This document shows, one piece after another, positions 60,401-64,000 of a DNA stretch of 64,000 nt. The translations under genes were made by a program, and so were the position numbers. How positions within the stretch are numbered: position 1 is the stretch's first letter; every line of letters starts with the position of its first letter. The stretch spans positions 19,654,001-19,718,000 of the forward strand of contig JBHGNT010000008.1 of the NCBI GenBank assembly GCA_043228905.1, in the 5' to 3' direction. The notes below the pieces were generated by a model. It made no database searches and was not told where the DNA came from. It saw only the letters and a program-made list of their open reading frames with translations. This DNA comes from Azolla caroliniana. Lineage: Eukaryota > Plantae > Polypodiophyta.

Positions 60401-61785
60401 CGTTTGCTTTCATCACCCATTCCGTCGCTTGTTTCCGGATGGTCTCCTGGGTCTCCCATTCCTTGGCCATGCCCTTCGACCTTGTGGTCACCTGCTGCAG
60501 ATCTGCCACCTCAGGGACTACCATATTTACCGCCGGTCATTTTTCATAGCTCTTCACCGGGCATTGATTACTATAATGGCCTTCCTGTCGGCAGTAGTAG
60601 TAGTAGGCTTTCCGGGTATTGCTGGATTCAGCATTGTCTGTTGTACCCGAGGCAGGTCCATTCGCCGCCAGCGTTCCTCTTCTTCATCCTGGCTGCTGCG
60701 TGGCTCAATTTGTCATACGGGCGGTGCTTGCCGGTTCAATAGATTATACTCGCACCTATCCGTCGTATGGCCCTTGGATTGACAGATTACACATTGCGTC
60801 CTCATAGTGCATTCTAGAGCCGAGTGTCCGGAATTCAAGCAGGTTGTGCACTGTATTGCTTGCCGAAACCGGAGGTCTTCATCGGATGGTAACGCCCGTT
60901 GGAGTGCTCCCAGTGTGAGCCAGGAGCTTGCCTTTTCCATCTCTCTCACCCGGTCAATGACCTGGTCGATGGTACTTGTGTGGAAGTCAATTACCGTGCA
61001 AACCGTGCATAGGGGTTCTCGGAGCGCGTTTAGGAATATAGTCCGTAATTCCTCCTCCGGGGGTGCGCGGGCAAGCTGACTATGCATCCGTTGAAACCGG
61101 ATGACAAACTGGGGAATGCTCTCCCCTGCTCCTGTCGGATGGTATAAAATAAACCTACCATTACGGTCTGGTCCACCTCCTTTTGGAAAAAATGCAAGAA
61201 TTTAGCTTTTAAATTAGCAAAGGTGTTGATGGTAGACGGGTCCTGCGTCCGGCGCCATCTTGCTGCCGGTCCCTCCAATGTGACGCCAAATTCCGCTATC
61301 TTAGAGCGTTCCTCTTCATCCGGGGTCAATCGCTGGGACACATGGTTGGCTTCCCATGTCTGTTCAAAGGCGTGCACATGACCTTCCGCGTCCGGATCAT
61401 CTCTATACTTGGAGTACTGGAACGGCATGTCGTTGTCCGGTATCGGTGCGCGGGCTGGCAGTGTTGGTGCTCGTTCTGGGATTTTCTCCGGCGTCAGTGG
61501 TCTTTCCCGATTTGTTTCCGGCGTCGGTGGTTTTTCCTCTTCTTTTGGTGACGGAGGCCTCTCCTCTTCGACTTCCGGTGTCGGAGGTCGCTCTTCCTCT
61601 GTTGGTTCCGGGGGTTCCAGCGTTCGCACTTGCGGTTCCAGTGTCAGTAAGGTATCCAATCCTTCGTCCTCCGGTCCGCCCGGGGTTTCATTGCTGCTAC
61701 GGTAGTTCGTGTGCACGTTGTATACCCCTTCAGAGTCCGATTCATATGCTGAAAAGGCTTCTGCTTCGCCTTCTCCGTTTGCCAA
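57420..61785 (-). pseudogene. gag-pol: G gag-pol; protease core deleted near 60106
   Basis: RT RVCVDYRKLN, LDGFSGY, VFLDDF; RNase H VDASDIAIG..NYSTTEREAL; integrase GHYAG..WGLDFVGP..PYYPQANG..GKLRFRW. Confidence 0.93.
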
Positions 61786-62503
61786 CGTGTGGAGAAGGGA
61801 TTCGATTTCCCGGAGGCTGCTTAGGCTGCTGCTGTCGTCCGGGTGCGATGTTTGCTGTAACCAGAGGGAGTCCTCCGCTACTCTCCGGATTACGTTGGAA
61901 AACGAGCGATCCGCTCTAATTTCCTGCGCCGCTTGCTGGAAAGCCTCACGTCTCCTTTGCCTTTCGGCAAGGCGTCGAGTTCAATCTGTAACCAGGTCGT
62001 GCGTTGATCTAGACATCCATCCGTGCTGTCATTCGCTGCAAAAACAGGAATCGTGGTCGCCAAAAACTGTGTTAACTCTTAGGGCCGGACAATGGCCTAA
62101 CACAGGGTGTCTACGGAAGACACTTCACCAAAGGGGTGTTACGGCAACAGGATTAGACTCAACGCTTAATCCGACTTAATTAGGTTACTTAGCATGATCG
62201 TCTTTAATAATCACACGCGTAAGATATAACAATGAATGCAGAACGGCAATTAACATAGAGAGATAACACACTAAGCTTTATTAATTAACCGCTCTTCATT
62301 ACATTGTATTCGGGCCTTTAAATAGGTTTCCGGTCTGTATTACAAAACGGTGCCATCCGCACCTGTTCGGGATCGGTCCAAATCCGGAACGGCATACCGA
62401 TTCCGGTTCGTCCGTCCATACTCATAGCTTAATTACAACCACATTCCTACTACTTAAATAACTCCCCGTTTCACACTCTGGACTCCTTTGCCGGCCGGTA
62501 ACA

Positions 62504-64000
62504 ACAATCAAAAGTAAATTCTCCTAGGACCATCAAAGCTACAAGCAACAACAATTTATGACATGTCACTTGATTTAAGCCTTCTTGATATTATTCGGCA
62601 ACAACTTCACTCTGATGATTTAGCTAAGGATGTCTTAGCTCACATTGGTCCAAGCCATGCATCTTGCTCTACATTGCAAGGGTCATCTCAACACAATCAG
62701 GAATTTAATTGGCAGGATGGCTTACGCCTCTACACGAATCTCCTTTATGTCCTTGACGGATCACCCCGCCTTCATGGACATTTTAGTATTGCCAAGACCA
62801 TGGAGCTAGTGAAGTGCTCATTTTGGTGGCCTCACTTCCAAAACTTTTTCAAAGCTTACATTTATATATGTGACACCTGTTATCATACCAAAATACTCAA
62901 GCATCATCCTTACAGCTTGCTACAACATTACCACCCCCAACAAGCCATGGCAGTCTATTTCTATGAATTTCATTACAGATCTACCACCTTCAAAAGTCTT
63001 TGATACTATTTTAACAGTAATGGGTCAATTTACCATGATGATGCATTTTTTGCCATGTGTAAAAGTGCATCAATAGTCAAGAACCACTTGTATCATTATG
63101 TGTGAAGTTTTTCAACACCATGGTCTTCCGAACGATATGATTAGAGATCGTGGTCCTCAATTTATCTCTTGCATTTGGAAGCACTATGGGCAGGCCTCAA
63201 AATATTCTACCAAGGTTACACCTTTCTTTGCCTATACCGGCAGCAATCCTTGATGGTGTATCCTGGATCTTCCCGAGGTCTCACAAAAACATAGTGTGGA
63301 AGATCGCCTCCACCGACTACAAAAAATCCAGTTAGACTTATCTTCACATCTTTAGAAAGCGCAAGCACGCCATAAGGCCGATGCAAATCGACATCATCTT
63401 AAGTCTCCTTTTAAGATTGGTGACCTAGTATGGTTGCTTCGTCATAACATCAAGACTATCCAACTGTGTGGTAAACTCGATTATTAACGCTTAGGTCCTT
63501 TTGTCATCACATCTTGGATTAATGATGCGACATGTCGTCTTAACCTTCCTGCACACATGCGACTTCACCCAGTCTTTCATAGCTCTCTTTTGGAACCTTG
63601 CCACACCTCTTCACTTCCTAATCGTGCCGTGCCACCTCCGGCTTTTGTCCAACTTGCTGATGGCCCCGATTATGAGGTAGCTCCTATCTTCGATTCTAAG
63701 ATTTTGCACAATAAGATCTATTATCTAGTTGATTGGCTTGGCTATCCTCTTAGTGATCGCACGTGGGAAACTACTGATAACATTTGTAATGCTCAAGCTC
63801 TTGTTGACAACTTCCATCACTGCTATCCAAACAAACCTAGCCCTACATTGTTAATGTCAATTTCTACTCACCGTTATCAAAGGAGGGATAGTGTCATGAA
63901 CATTGTGGCGTCACCCGAAATTGAATCTAGGACCTTATAATACATAATTGAAAACCCCAACCATTAAGATAGCCGATTGTCATATAAAACAATAAAAAGT
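62504..64000 (+). mobile_element. Chromovirus (Tcn1-like) 3' end: degenerate integrase, chromodomain, PPT, LTR start
   Basis: PWQSISMNFITDLP, LGPF, RLHPVFHSSLLEP, chromodomain YEVAPIFDSK..YYLVDWLGYPLSDRTWE; PPT AAAGGAGGGATAG then TGTCATG at 63892. Confidence 0.88.

Larger units (their letters stand above)
53850..62503 (-). mobile_element. Element G: Athila-like Ty3/gypsy with extra 3' ORF
   Basis: 5' LTR 62503-62070, PBS TGGCGACCAC 62062-62053, gag-pol 61785-57420, extra ORF 57041-54280, truncated 3' LTR 54228-53850. Confidence 0.92.

Overview
This window is a gene-free stack of nested, mostly degenerate retrotransposons from a plant genome. The Tcn1-like chromovirus, fungal-like FLDD Ty3/gypsy elements, RTE-X-like LINE and TTTAGGG repeat suggest a non-seed plant (bryophyte, lycophyte or fern); this is inference only. 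I resolve six Ty1/copia copies or fragments, a tRNA-Trp-type Ty3/gypsy group (A, C, E and the gag-only derivative F), an Athila-like tRNA-Arg-type group (B, D1, D2, G and the non-coding element H), one 5'-truncated LINE and a chromovirus 3' end. Nesting reaches five levels, and many boundaries are confirmed by TG..CA termini and target-site duplications (TSDs). No host gene, rRNA or functional tRNA gene is evident. The main candidate novelty is that G and H each carry two inward-facing tRNA-Arg primer-binding sites (PBS), one beside each LTR, and G has no polypurine tract (PPT) where one is expected, which hints at tRNA priming of both DNA strands. Other leads are a conserved -1 frameshift between protease and RT, a tRNA-like Pol III cassette in both LTRs of element C, a (CCCTAAA)4 telomeric patch inside a gag gene, a ~900-codon extra ORF, and duplicated PPTs in two copia elements. 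All coordinates were read by eye and may be off by a few bases.
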